DNA of 64,000 nucleotides from Candidatus Blackallbacteria bacterium (GTDB lineage Bacteria; Cyanobacteriota; Sericytochromatia; UBA7694): contig JBPXJQ010000029.1 of assembly GCA_051715345.1 (NCBI GenBank), forward strand, positions 37,240 through 101,239. The letters run 5' to 3'. Shown piece after piece: positions 26,552 through 36,852 of this stretch. Within the stretch, counting starts at the first letter, position 1, and the number at the start of each line of letters is the position of its first letter. The position numbers and the translations under genes are program-made. Under the pieces are notes generated by a model. That model worked only from the letters and a program-made list of their open reading frames with translations, had not been told where the DNA came from and made no database searches.

Positions 26552-28861
26552 ATGAGTCAATTGTCTTTTTATGCCTACCGGGTTTCAGCTTTGGCCCTGG
26601 AACTGCAGGGCAGCCGTTTTCAGGCCCGTTTTCAGGCTTTGCCGGGCGGGGTCTGGCGGTTGTTAATCTGGCACCGGCCTGAGGACAGCCAGAAAAGCTC
26701 TTGGGTTTTGGAGCCCCAAAATATTCAGCCCTTTCAAACCTTAGAGAACACTGCGGGCCTCGACCTCAGTGCCGATGCGGGGCCCGGCCTACAACTCAAT
26801 CTCGCGCCTTTTTATTGGCAATTTGGTTTTTTAAAGGCCCTGGGCATGACCTGTGATATCCCTTTTCAACGACAAGAAAATCTGCCGCCCGCGGGATTGC
26901 GTCACCCGGCCCTCGACGGCAGTGATGGCCTGCCCTGGGGCTCGGGTCTCAGTCTGAATCTGGCCCTGGCCCCACAAGATGCCATTTATGGACTGGGTGA
27001 GCGCACAGGTTTTCTAAATAAACGCGGAAGGATCTGGAAAAACTGGACCAAAGACGAGTTTTTTCACTCGCCTCAGGCTGATCCACTCTACCAATCGCAC
27101 CCTTTTATGCTCTTGCGCCGTGAAAGCGATTATCTGGGGCTGTATTTGGATGAAAGTTGGTACAGTTGTTTTGATTTGGGTTATAGCGATCCCGACAGCA
27201 TGAGTATATACAGTGCTGGGCCGACCCTCGACCTCTACCTGATTCCCGGACCGACCCCAGCGGATATTGTCAAAGCCTATTCGTCCCTGACAGGCCGCGC
27301 ACCTTTGCCCCCGCTCTGGGCCCTGGGTGCCCACCAATGCCGCTGGAGCTATCCCGATCAGGAAAGTGTTTTGGCCATCGCTGAGGGCTATCGCGAGCAA
27401 CAATTGCCTTTGGATGCCCTGTGGTTGGACATTGACCACATGGAAGGATACAAAGTATTTAGTTTTTGCAAACAGCGCTTTCCCGACCCCGCCGCTTTAA
27501 CGGCTCAATTGCAGGCGCATGGCTTGCGCACTGTCGTGATTGTCGATCCGGGAGTCAAACAGGAGGCCGCCTACCCCATTTACGAGAGTGGTCGGCAATT
27601 GCAGGCCTTTATTCGCGATCAGCAAGATCGCGAATATGTGGGAGAAGTTTGGCCCGAACCCGTTGTTTGGCCAGATTTTTCACAACCAGAAGTGCGTTCT
27701 TGGTGGGGGCGCTGCCAGGATTTTTACCGTTTAAATGGCGTGGCTGGGCTGTGGATCGATATGAATGAACCTGCGGTGTTTAAAACCCCTGGCAAAACAC
27801 TGCCCTTGAATCTGCGCCAGGGCAAACACAGTCACGCAGAAATGCACAATCTCTATGGTTACCAAATGGCCATGGCGACCTGGGAAGGGCTCAAGGCCCG
27901 CAAACCCGATAGCCGCCCCTTTGTCTTGACCCGTTCGGGCTGTCCGGGTATCCAAAAATATGCCCTGGTTTGGACCGGTGACAACAGCAGTTATTGGGAG
28001 CATTTGGAGATGTCTTTGCCGATGTTAATGAACTTGGGCCTCTCTGGGGTGCCCCTTGTTGGCGCAGATATTGGCGGCTTTTCGGGGGATTGTGATGGTG
28101 AACTGCTGCTGCGCTGGACCCAATTGGGGGTCTTGTACCCTTTTATGCGCAACCATGCCGGCAAAGGCAGTCGCCGCCAAGAACCTTGGCAATTTGGCGA
28201 GCCCTGGTTGAGTCTGATTCGTTCAGCATTAGAACTGCGTTACCAACTTTTGCCCTATCTCTACAGTTTGGCCAAACTGGCGGCTGAAAGGGGTGAGCCC
28301 CTCTTGCGCCCACTTTTATATGCCTACCCGGACGATCCCCAGACCTGGCAGATTCATGACCAATGCCTTTTGGGACCGGATTTGTTGGCGGCACCGGTCT
28401 TGCGGCCCGGCCAGAGCCGCCGCGCAGTCTATTTGCCTGCGGGAGCCTGGCAGGATTTTTGGACCGGCAAACGCTACCAGGGGCAGGAGTGGATTCTCTG
28501 CGAAACGCCTCTGGCCCAGATGCCGCTTTTTCAGCGCTGTGGCAGTGCTTTGCCGCTGGTCGCTCCGGCGTTGTCAACGACAGATGCCTGGTGGAAGGAC
28601 CTGATTTGGAAAATTGCCCCCGATCAATCCATTTTGGGCCGGGTTTGGCAAGATGCCGGTGACAGTGATGCCCCTGGCCAATGGCGCGAATTGACAGGTT
28701 CCTGGGATGGCCAGCAATTGATCTTGAACCAGACACCGGCCCAAGCCAGTCTGGTGCAGATGCCTGTTTTTCATGGCCCCCTGCGTGGCAATGTCAGCCA
28801 CGAATACCAATCCGGTCAACTTTCGCTGGCGCTGAATTCTCACGCGCTTTTGGAGTGGTAA
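26552..28861 (+). CDS. Glycoside hydrolase family 31 (alpha-glucosidase / alpha-xylosidase-like)
   Basis: GH31 catalytic nucleophile region GLWIDMNEPA. 769 aa. Confidence 0.7.
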   Translation: MSQLSFYAYRVSALALELQGSRFQARFQALPGGVWRLLIWHRPEDSQKSSWVLEPQNIQPFQTLENTAGLDLSADAGPGLQLNLAPFYWQFGFLKALGMTCDIPFQRQENLPPAGLRHPALDGSDGLPWGSGLSLNLALAPQDAIYGLGERTGFLNKRGRIWKNWTKDEFFHSPQADPLYQSHPFMLLRRESDYLGLYLDESWYSCFDLGYSDPDSMSIYSAGPTLDLYLIPGPTPADIVKAYSSLTGRAPLPPLWALGAHQCRWSYPDQESVLAIAEGYREQQLPLDALWLDIDHMEGYKVFSFCKQRFPDPAALTAQLQAHGLRTVVIVDPGVKQEAAYPIYESGRQLQAFIRDQQDREYVGEVWPEPVVWPDFSQPEVRSWWGRCQDFYRLNGVAGLWIDMNEPAVFKTPGKTLPLNLRQGKHSHAEMHNLYGYQMAMATWEGLKARKPDSRPFVLTRSGCPGIQKYALVWTGDNSSYWEHLEMSLPMLMNLGLSGVPLVGADIGGFSGDCDGELLLRWTQLGVLYPFMRNHAGKGSRRQEPWQFGEPWLSLIRSALELRYQLLPYLYSLAKLAAERGEPLLRPLLYAYPDDPQTWQIHDQCLLGPDLLAAPVLRPGQSRRAVYLPAGAWQDFWTGKRYQGQEWILCETPLAQMPLFQRCGSALPLVAPALSTTDAWWKDLIWKIAPDQSILGRVWQDAGDSDAPGQWRELTGSWDGQQLILNQTPAQASLVQMPVFHGPLRGNVSHEYQSGQLSLALNSHALLEW

Positions 28862-28862
28862 G

Positions 28863-29741
28863 ATGTACAAACGAGAAAGAGCCACCCCTGAAGAACTCTT
28901 GGCCCAACTTCAGCCCCAGCACAAATTGCCGATCTGGCGCACACCGACCTTTCGCCTCAGTTTGGTGGCGCTTTTGATGCTCTTGCTGATCTCCAGTTTA
29001 CGCGGGCAATGGGGCAATCGCGGCAAAATTCCTGCTGTTAAAAACGAAGCCCAAGCAGAGTTGGAAAAACTCAAAAAAGCCCCGCTCAAAAGCAGTGAAG
29101 ACTATTATTTGCGTGCCGAAGTATTGCGCGAACACGCGCATTTTTCTGAAGCCATTGATGATTATAACCGCATTCTCAAAGAGAATCCCCGTTCGATCAA
29201 AGCCCTGGCCCTGCGTGCCGATAGTTGGACACAGCTCGGGCAATATGCCAAAGCCCAGGCCGATTGGACTTCGATACTCAAGCGCTATCCCCAAGACCTA
29301 ACCGCCTTGAACCAACGGGGGGTGGCTTCGCTGCGATTGGGGCAAACGGCAGCGGCCCGCGCGGATTTTGACTTGGCTTTGCGCAAACATCCCCAAGAGG
29401 CAGTACTCTGGGCCAATCGCGGGCTGAGCTGGCTCGAAGCCAAAAATCTGCCATTGGCCAAAACCGATCTCAAAAAAGCCCTGGCTCTCAATCCCAAATT
29501 GCCCGAAAGTCATTTTTTCTGGGGACGTCTGCAATTGGCAGAAGAAAATCCCACGGAAGCACTCAAAGCCTTTTCAAACACCCTGATTCTAAACCCTGAA
29601 CATCTTCAAGCGCGTTATGAACGGGGGCTCTTGTACAACCGCCTGGGCCCCTGCAAACAGGCCCGCAAAGACCTCCAACGGGCGTGTCGTTTGGGAGACT
29701 CGCGGGCTTGCAAACCGCTCAAATGCCAGGCCAAGTCATGA
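28863..29741 (+). CDS. Tetratricopeptide-repeat protein with a C-terminal Cys motif, translationally coupled to recJ
   Basis: Multiple TPR units (YYLRAEVLRE..., ALALRADSWTQLGQYAKAQ...). N-terminal transmembrane/signal segment. C-terminus ACRLGDSRACKPLKC. The stop overlaps the recJ ATG (ATGA). Confidence 0.6.
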   Translation: MYKRERATPEELLAQLQPQHKLPIWRTPTFRLSLVALLMLLLISSLRGQWGNRGKIPAVKNEAQAELEKLKKAPLKSSEDYYLRAEVLREHAHFSEAIDDYNRILKENPRSIKALALRADSWTQLGQYAKAQADWTSILKRYPQDLTALNQRGVASLRLGQTAAARADFDLALRKHPQEAVLWANRGLSWLEAKNLPLAKTDLKKALALNPKLPESHFFWGRLQLAEENPTEALKAFSNTLILNPEHLQARYERGLLYNRLGPCKQARKDLQRACRLGDSRACKPLKCQAKS

Positions 29742-32110
29742 GTTCCTCGGATATTGCTTGGCGTTCGCCACTGCTCCCTCCTTTGCATCACAATGTTGAA
29801 ACATTTGCCAAAGCAACAGGGGTCTCACCTTTCTTGGCGCAATTATTGCTCAATCGCCAATTAGACAACCCCGAAGTTGCACAGGATTTTTTAGCTTCTG
29901 ATCCCGTGCTCAATTGGCCCCGCCCAGACTTCGAGGCCGAATTGGTGGCACTCTTTCGCACACTTTATGAGCGAAATGGCCTGATCGTGATTCATGGGGA
30001 TTATGACGCCGATGGCCTGACGGGGACCACCATTTTGACCGAATACCTGCGCAGCAGTGGCTTTCAGGTTGAACCCTTTTTGCCCACCCGTTCTCTGGGC
30101 TATGGTTTAAATTTGGCAACCCTTGAGCGCTTTGCCGAGTCAGGGGCGCAGTTATTGATCACTGTGGACTGTGGGGTGAGCAATCAGAAAGAAATTGCCC
30201 GGGCCCAAGCATTGGGTATGCAAGTGGTGATCACCGACCACCATGGTTTGGGAGAATCTTTGCCTCCTGCGGACTTTGTACTCCATCCCGAAGTGCTCAA
30301 AATCCCAGAGTTACAAAATTTATCGGGGGTGGGCATGGCCTATTGGCTGGCCGTCATCCTCTACCCCCATTTTGCCTGCAGTCGCCCTTTGGATCATTGG
30401 CTCGAATTGGCAGGCATTGGGACCATTGCCGACATGACCCCATTAAAAGGCTTTAACCGCAACCTTGTCAAAGCGGCTTTAAAAAAGATCAAACACAGCC
30501 AACGTCCCGGCCTATTGGCCTTGCTCCAGCAAAAACAGACACGGGCCTCAGAACTGGATGAAACGGCCCTGGCTTTTCGGGTCATCCCCCTGCTCAATGC
30601 GGCGGGCCGATTGCAAAGCCCCATGCTTGCTTTGGACCTCTTATTGGCTGAAGACCAGGATGAAGCTGAAAGCTTGGCTGAAAACCTCAATCAGGTCAAT
30701 CAGGCCCGGCGTGAAATGGGCCAGGCCCTTTTAGACGAAATAACAGCCAAATTGGATCTTGATTTGCCCAGCGGGCCTGTGATTTTGGCTGAACCCGGCT
30801 GGCCATTTGGGATTCTGGGGATCACCTGCTCCCAACTGGTTGAACGTTATGGCCGACCTGTGTTTTTGATGGCCATTGATGGGGAGATTGCCAAAGCATC
30901 CGTGAGGGCCCCGGAAGGCTTCCATGTCCTACATGCACTCCAGAGCTGTGATGATCTTTTTATCAAATACGGGGGGCATGCCCAGGCTGGCGGCTTTTCA
31001 ATCTCACTTTCTAAGTTGGAAGAACTCAAACAGCGCCTGGGAAACTTTTACACAGACCTGGGTTCGCCACAATTAACGCCGATGGCCGAACTCGAACTCA
31101 ATTTGAAAGCGGTCAATGACGATCTCTGGGAGGACCTACAACGCTTGGCGCCTTTTGGCGCAGGCAACCCCCTGCCCAGTTTTGTCGCTCGCAACGTGCC
31201 TCTGCAAAAGGTCGCTCCTGATCGCAAAGGTGTGCATCTCTTTGCTGAATTTTCGTCGGGGCTCAAGCTCAAAGGTTGGAATATGTGGCGGTCAGAATTG
31301 GCAGAACACAGCCATTTTGATTTGCATTTCGAATTGCAGCAAAATACGTGGAAAGGCCGCACCAGTCTGGAATTACAGCTTAAGCAGATTCAGCCTCATT
31401 CAGAGGTGTTGGCCATTGTTCCAACCTTGCCCCGGCAAACTTTGAACGTCTCTGCTGGGAGTGATGCGGGTTTGGGGCCCTGTTTTTTTCATCCCCAGAC
31501 AGGCCGCTATGTCCATTTAGCCCCATTGGCTGGGGAGTTCAAACCCGCAGTAGATCATTGGCTGGATGGCCGACGATTCGCGAATCTTTCACCCGAATTT
31601 GATGCTCAGACATGGATTTTGCGTCCCCCGGCAGATCTCTTGGACCGGGATCGGCACAGCATGGCCTGGGAAAACCTGTATTGCAGCCATTTGATTGTGC
31701 AATGGTTGCCCATTGATTCTGAGCTTTTTCAAATGGCCTTGAGCTGTACCCAGCCAGAAAAACTGACCTTTTTGCCCACTGAGTTGGACCTTGCTCCCCC
31801 TCCCTCTTTTACTGAATTGAAACAGGCTCAGTCGGTCTTGGCCAAATTTCAAGCGCAGACATGCGAAGAATTGCCCGAAACTCGCTTGGTGACAGCACTG
31901 TCCATCTCTCACAGCCGGGCCCGGCTCTTATTGGCTTGTTTGGCGGATTTAAACCTGCGTGAAGGGGCTTCTGCACTTAGAAACAGCCGCCTGGATCTGC
32001 GCGACAGCCCAACATTCTTGGCCTATCTGACCCGCTTTCATGCAGCCCAAAACCAATATCAGAAGTGGTACAAACGGTCTTTTCAGGCCTTTCAATCCTG
32101 GTTGCTTTAA
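29738..32110 (+). CDS. recJ: Single-stranded-DNA-specific exonuclease RecJ with a ~300-aa C-terminal extension
   Basis: DHH motifs IHGDYDADGLTG, ITVDCGV and ITDHHG. DHHA1 motif GGHAQAGGFS. Total 790 aa, versus about 570-700 aa for typical RecJ. Confidence 0.7.
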   Translation: MSSSDIAWRSPLLPPLHHNVETFAKATGVSPFLAQLLLNRQLDNPEVAQDFLASDPVLNWPRPDFEAELVALFRTLYERNGLIVIHGDYDADGLTGTTILTEYLRSSGFQVEPFLPTRSLGYGLNLATLERFAESGAQLLITVDCGVSNQKEIARAQALGMQVVITDHHGLGESLPPADFVLHPEVLKIPELQNLSGVGMAYWLAVILYPHFACSRPLDHWLELAGIGTIADMTPLKGFNRNLVKAALKKIKHSQRPGLLALLQQKQTRASELDETALAFRVIPLLNAAGRLQSPMLALDLLLAEDQDEAESLAENLNQVNQARREMGQALLDEITAKLDLDLPSGPVILAEPGWPFGILGITCSQLVERYGRPVFLMAIDGEIAKASVRAPEGFHVLHALQSCDDLFIKYGGHAQAGGFSISLSKLEELKQRLGNFYTDLGSPQLTPMAELELNLKAVNDDLWEDLQRLAPFGAGNPLPSFVARNVPLQKVAPDRKGVHLFAEFSSGLKLKGWNMWRSELAEHSHFDLHFELQQNTWKGRTSLELQLKQIQPHSEVLAIVPTLPRQTLNVSAGSDAGLGPCFFHPQTGRYVHLAPLAGEFKPAVDHWLDGRRFANLSPEFDAQTWILRPPADLLDRDRHSMAWENLYCSHLIVQWLPIDSELFQMALSCTQPEKLTFLPTELDLAPPPSFTELKQAQSVLAKFQAQTCEELPETRLVTALSISHSRARLLLACLADLNLREGASALRNSRLDLRDSPTFLAYLTRFHAAQNQYQKWYKRSFQAFQSWLL

Positions 32111-32133
32111 AAAAAGCAATAAAATTCCCGCTT

Positions 32134-32143
32134 GTGTGATCAC
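32134..32143. promoter_or_regulatory. Perfect 10-bp palindrome TGTGATCACA upstream of apt
   Basis: Read directly. Crp-like half-sites TGTGA and TCACA with no spacer. Confidence 0.3.
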
Positions 32144-32209
32144 AGAGGGATGGCCTATGATAAGGAACGGGTTACAATAGGTATAACGTGCTTTCTTGAA
32201 AGGCTGATC

Positions 32210-32752
32210 ATGAAATTGATACCGGATGACGAACTCCAAGCGCTGCTGGTTCCCCATATTCGCGATGTGCCCGATTTTCCCAAACCGGGAATTCTGTTTA
32301 AAGATATCACCACCCTGCTCAAAGAGCCCGAGATCTTAAAGCTCACTTTGGACCAGATGGCTTTGCGCTTTCAGGATCAGGGGATTGATCATGTGGTCGG
32401 GATTGAATCCCGGGGTTTTATTTTTGGCACGCCCTTGGCTTATCTGCTCAATGCGGGCTTTGTGCCCGTGCGCAAAGCGGGAAAATTGCCGAGTGCGACG
32501 TACCGCAAGGAATATGCCCTGGAATATGGCACAGATGTACTCGAAATCCACAAAGACGCAATTCAACCCGGCGATAAGGTCTTGATCTGCGATGATTTAT
32601 TGGCCACAGGTGGCACAGCTGCGGCCGCCTTGGCCATGCTCGAAGAACTGGGTGCCCAGGTTGTGGGGGCCTTGTTTGCGATTGAACTGACATTCCTCAA
32701 GGGGCGGGAGAAAATACCCAATTGCAAGACAGTCAGCCTGATTCAGTATTAA
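32210..32752 (+). CDS. apt: Adenine phosphoribosyltransferase
   Basis: PRPP-binding motif VLICDDLLATGGTAAAA and conserved VVGIESRGFIFG. Start placed at ATG 32210 (MKLIPDD). Confidence 0.8.
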   Translation: MKLIPDDELQALLVPHIRDVPDFPKPGILFKDITTLLKEPEILKLTLDQMALRFQDQGIDHVVGIESRGFIFGTPLAYLLNAGFVPVRKAGKLPSATYRKEYALEYGTDVLEIHKDAIQPGDKVLICDDLLATGGTAAAALAMLEELGAQVVGALFAIELTFLKGREKIPNCKTVSLIQY

Positions 32753-32847
32753 AAAAATATTTGCCCCTGCCTGGGGAAATTCCGATTAACTCTTATCCCC
32801 CTTATGTGGCTTCACTGTTGGAACATTTGGTGGAAAAAATGGCCTAT

Positions 32848-35064
32848 GCCACAACAGAAGACATCGCCTTTGCTGAGCGCGCTTTTTTTGCAGCTTACGA
32901 GTTGCACAAAGAACAAAAACGTAAATCGGGTGAACCCTATATCATCCACCCTTACGAGGTGGCGCTGATTTTGACCGAGCTCAATGCCAGCGGTGAAATG
33001 ATTGCTGCTGGATTTTTGCATGATATCCTCGAAGACACCGACTTTACCCATGCTGAAATGACTTCGGCTTTTGGTGAAACCGTCACCGCCTTGGTGGATG
33101 GTGTGACCAAATTGAGTAAATTCTCCTTTTCTTCCAAAGAAGAGCGGCAAGCTGAAAACTTTAGGCGCATGTTCATGGCCATGGCCCAAGACATTCGTGT
33201 CGTCATCATCAAGCTCGCAGATCGCCTGCACAATATGCGTACCCTTGATCATATGTCGGAAGACAAGCAAAAAAAAATCGCCCAAGAGACCCTGGATATT
33301 TTTGCACCTCTGGCGCACCGATTGGGGATTGGCCGACTCAAATGGGAGTTGGAAGATCTCTGCTTGCGCTATCTCTACCCTGATTATTATTGGAGCATAG
33401 CCCAATATATAGCCCAAAAGCGCGTTGAGCGCGAAGAGGTCATGAGCCGGACTTTGGTTCAGCTCAAAGAGGCCTTGCTCGATGAAGATACCGAGTTTTT
33501 TATCGACGGTGAGCCCCGTCCGGACGGGGAAGACAGTAAAAAAAGAACCAAAAAAGTTCAAATTTTTGGCAGACCCAAAAATTTTTACAGTATTTACAAT
33601 AAAATTTCCAAAAAACAAAAAGATTTCAAAGATATCTACGATTATTTTGGTATCCGTGTTTTGGTTGACAGCGAAGCGGATTGTTATTCAGTCTTGGGTA
33701 TGGTTCACTCCATTTGGAAGCCGATACCCGGTCGCTTTAAAGACTATATCGCCATGCCCAAGCAGAATATGTACCAGTCCCTGCACACCACGGTGATCAG
33801 CGAGACAGGGCATCCGCTTGAGGTTCAAATTCGCACCTTTGATATGGACCGCATTGCCGATTTCGGGATCGCCGCGCATTGGAAATACAAACAGGGTGGC
33901 AATCAGCCCAAACGCAACAAAAACGATCTGCAATTGACCTGGCTGCGCCAATTGATTGATTGGCAAAAAGACCTCAAAGACGCAGAAGAGTTTATGTCCA
34001 ATGTCAAAAGCGATCTCTTTGAGGAAGACATCTATATCTTTACCCCGCGCGGTGATGTGCATGTTTTGCCCAAAGGCTCGACGGCCATTGACTTTGCCTA
34101 CCGGATTCACACGCATGTTGGCAATAGCTGCGTCGGGGCCAAAATGAATGGACGCATGATCTCCTTGCCCACCCCGCTCGAAAACGGGGCCCAGGTTGAG
34201 ATCATGACTTCCAAAAATGGTCAGCCGAGTCTGGACTGGATCAATTTTGTCGTCTCCAACCAGGCCAAAAACAATATCCGCAAATGGTTCAAAAAAGAGC
34301 GCCGCGAAGACAGTCTCAAACGCGGCAAAGAGCTACTCGAAGCCGAATTTGGCAAAGAAAATTACGAGCATTATATTCGCTCCAAAACCTTCGAAGAAAT
34401 GGCGCAAAAATTCAACCGCAACAGTGTTGAAGATTTAATCGCCACAGTCGGCTATGGTGAAATCACACCCAAACAATTGCTCAACCGGATCAAAACCGGG
34501 CCACTCAACCCTGATGTGCTCGATAAAATGATCATTGGTCAGACGGTCTCCCCTGAACAGCGGCGGCGAGAGGTCAAAGGCAAAGGTATTTTGATTGGCG
34601 GTGAAGCGGGGGTTCTTGTCTTTTTCCCGCATTGTTGTTTGCCCGTGCCCGGTGAGCCGATTGTCGGCGTGGTCACCCGCACCAAAGGGGTTGCAGTGCA
34701 CTCCAAAGAATGCTCCAATTTGGGCCAGGTCAACCCCAAACGCTTCTTGCCCGCGAGCTGGGGAGAGGTCGAAAAAAGCTTTTACCCCGTTGAATTGCAG
34801 ATTTATACCATTGATCGCCGGGGCCTGCTCAAAGACGTCGTGGCACGCATGTCAGACAGCAAAATCAATATCCTCGCTGCCAATGTGGCCACCCACAAAG
34901 ACAAGACCGCCACCATTGATCTGGTGGTCGAGGTTACGGATATCAAACAGCTGCAGGGGATTATTCAGAAGATCCGCGCCATGAGTGATGTTCTCAATGT
35001 GGTCAGAATTGTAAAAACCTCCAAAGCGATCAAACAAATGGCGAGCAAAAAAGAGAGCAAATAA
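32848..35064 (+). CDS. rel: Bifunctional (p)ppGpp synthetase/hydrolase (RelA/SpoT homologue)
   Basis: HD hydrolase motif (HDILEDT), synthetase domain, TGS and C-terminal ACT region. The N-terminus aligns with SpoT/Rel (GEPYIIHP). Start is uncertain: TTG at 32722 or ATG at 32848. Confidence 0.8.
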   Translation, partial: ATTEDIAFAERAFFAAYELHKEQKRKSGEPYIIHPYEVALILTELNASGEMIAAGFLHDILEDTDFTHAEMTSAFGETVTALVDGVTKLSKFSFSSKEERQAENFRRMFMAMAQDIRVVIIKLADRLHNMRTLDHMSEDKQKKIAQETLDIFAPLAHRLGIGRLKWELEDLCLRYLYPDYYWSIAQYIAQKRVEREEVMSRTLVQLKEALLDEDTEFFIDGEPRPDGEDSKKRTKKVQIFGRPKNFYSIYNKISKKQKDFKDIYDYFGIRVLVDSEADCYSVLGMVHSIWKPIPGRFKDYIAMPKQNMYQSLHTTVISETGHPLEVQIRTFDMDRIADFGIAAHWKYKQGGNQPKRNKNDLQLTWLRQLIDWQKDLKDAEEFMSNVKSDLFEEDIYIFTPRGDVHVLPKGSTAIDFAYRIHTHVGNSCVGAKMNGRMISLPTPLENGAQVEIMTSKNGQPSLDWINFVVSNQAKNNIRKWFKKERREDSLKRGKELLEAEFGKENYEHYIRSKTFEEMAQKFNRNSVEDLIATVGYGEITPKQLLNRIKTGPLNPDVLDKMIIGQTVSPEQRRREVKGKGILIGGEAGVLVFFPHCCLPVPGEPIVGVVTRTKGVAVHSKECSNLGQVNPKRFLPASWGEVEKSFYPVELQIYTIDRRGLLKDVVARMSDSKINILAANVATHKDKTATIDLVVEVTDIKQLQGIIQKIRAMSDVLNVVRIVKTSKAIKQMASKKESK

Positions 35065-35066
35065 GC

Positions 35067-35723
35067 TCAAAAGTAGCCTTGGTACCACTCCCGTTCGTGG
35101 TGATCCAGGGCCAAGGGATCGGGGGTATATTCCGGTTCCAGATGCTTGCGCAGGGTTTGCAGAGAGCGATCGTCGCGTTGGCTCAGCACGGGGATACCTG
35201 CCCGAATTAAAGTGGCGGCAGAGACACCCGGCCCTTTTTGCCATTGCCGATTTGGTCCTTCGCGGGCCCCAAGCGAAATTACCTGTACGCCACAGGCGGC
35301 ACTCATGTCCAGCATGATTGCCAGTTCTGTTCTGTGTTTTTGGGCCAGGCTGAGCATCCGATGTCCGGCTTCGATCATGGCGGTAGTCCAGTCTTCTCCT
35401 GCTGCAGTCAATACCTGGGCTCGACCCTCAAGCACATCAAAGCCATTGCCGCCGTGGATATCACTTAAGGCCCGTGGAGTGCCAAACAGCGCATCTTCAG
35501 GACAAAAGTAACAAGCCGAAACAGTCGGGAGTGCCAAGAGACTTGAAAAAAAAGTGTCCTCTCCCAGGCCATTGCCGTCGTAGATGCAAGCCTTGCCAGT
35601 TAAACAGGCGCTGAAGAGTATTCGCAGTGGTTCTGTAGAACTGACAGGTCGCAATCCAGTCAGGGCCTGCCAAGACATGATTTGGGGCGGACGGGGAAAA
35701 GGAGCAGAATCCAAATTGGCCAT
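35067..35723 (-). CDS. DUF523 (YbbK/TudS-like, putative [4Fe-4S] thiouracil desulfidase-family) protein
   Basis: ILFSACLTGKACIYDGNG matches the DUF523 signature ILVSACLLGxxCRYDGG. Confidence 0.5.
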   Translation of the reverse strand: MANLDSAPFPRPPQIMSWQALTGLRPVSSTEPLRILFSACLTGKACIYDGNGLGEDTFFSSLLALPTVSACYFCPEDALFGTPRALSDIHGGNGFDVLEGRAQVLTAAGEDWTTAMIEAGHRMLSLAQKHRTELAIMLDMSAACGVQVISLGAREGPNRQWQKGPGVSAATLIRAGIPVLSQRDDRSLQTLRKHLEPEYTPDPLALDHHEREWYQGYF

Positions 35724-35730
35724 CTCAACC

Positions 35731-36852
35731 CTATTTTAGCAATTCACTGACCGATTCGCGCTGGTTGATTCTAAACACCACATCGGCAAAGAGTTTGGCG
35801 ACAGAGACTTCGTCGTACCAGGGATTTTGTTTTAAAAAATCTTCCCCGTGAAAGACGGCGTCTGTGCCAATCACCTTTTTGATATAACCTTCACGCACTG
35901 CTTTGTCCAGTTTTTCGACAGCGGCACCATTAAAATAGGGCATGCTGCAGGCCAGATAAATATCCTGAGCCCCATTTTCTTTGAGCAATTTTGTGGCGTT
36001 TATGATCGTGCCCCCTGTGGCAATCATATCGTCGATGATCAAGACATTGCGATCTTTTACGCTGCCAATCAGTCTCACACTTTCAATGCTGCTCGGCCGC
36101 GAATAATCCCGCTGTTTGTCGACAATGGCCAGATCCGTACCAAGTGTGAGTGAATAGTGCCGGGCCCGTTGCACACTTCCGACATCGGGGGCCACCAGGG
36201 TTAAATTGCTGAGATCGTAATGTTGTTTGATATGTTTGGTGATGGGCCCAGAAGCATGAATATTTTCAAAATGGGCTGACCTGAAAAAACCTTCCACGGG
36301 TTCAGCGTGAATATCCAAGGTGATCACCCGATCGGCACCTGAGGCCTCTAAGAACATCGCAATTTGGCGAGCGGTAATGGATTCCCGCTCTTTTTTGCGC
36401 TCTTGGCGGGCATAAGGGTATTGGGGAATGATCACGGTGATGGTTTGGGCATCGGCATTGTAAGCCGCATCAATGGCTGTACACAGTGCCATTAAATTGT
36501 CGTTGATGCTGCGGCGCTGATCCGAATCTGTGAGATCACGGGTCAGTGGGTCGTCCATACATTGCACAATATACACGTCATCGCCGCGGATATTTTCGGT
36601 AATCACTGTTTTGACTTCGTGATTGGAAAAGAATATTTCTTTGGCCGAGCGGCGACAGGTGTCTTCCCAGCGCTGATGACCATATTGCTCATTGAGCAAA
36701 TCGTCGAGATGCTTGACCAGACGGTCAGCAAAACCGCTGCCCGATGTGCAGGCCAAAATGCTCATGCGGCCCCGCGACCTGCGGGTCTTCTTGCGGACAC
36801 CACTGTTGCCTCTTTGGTGTTCCGGATCCAAACGCAGTTGACCGGTACTCAT
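35731..36852 (-). CDS. prs: Ribose-phosphate pyrophosphokinase (PRPP synthetase)
   Basis: PRPP-binding loop VLIIDDMIATGGTI and HAEPVEGFF. The true start is probably the internal MSILACTSG near 36765. Has a short insertion compared with class I Prs. Confidence 0.7.
   Translation of the reverse strand: MSTGQLRLDPEHQRGNSGVRKKTRRSRGRMSILACTSGSGFADRLVKHLDDLLNEQYGHQRWEDTCRRSAKEIFFSNHEVKTVITENIRGDDVYIVQCMDDPLTRDLTDSDQRRSINDNLMALCTAIDAAYNADAQTITVIIPQYPYARQERKKERESITARQIAMFLEASGADRVITLDIHAEPVEGFFRSAHFENIHASGPITKHIKQHYDLSNLTLVAPDVGSVQRARHYSLTLGTDLAIVDKQRDYSRPSSIESVRLIGSVKDRNVLIIDDMIATGGTIINATKLLKENGAQDIYLACSMPYFNGAAVEKLDKAVREGYIKKVIGTDAVFHGEDFLKQNPWYDEVSVAKLFADVVFRINQRESVSELLK

Noticed and set aside
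32812-33618. 268-aa minus-strand ORF inside rel/spoT
   Set aside because: Antisense to the well-supported HD/synthetase domains. No independent signals.
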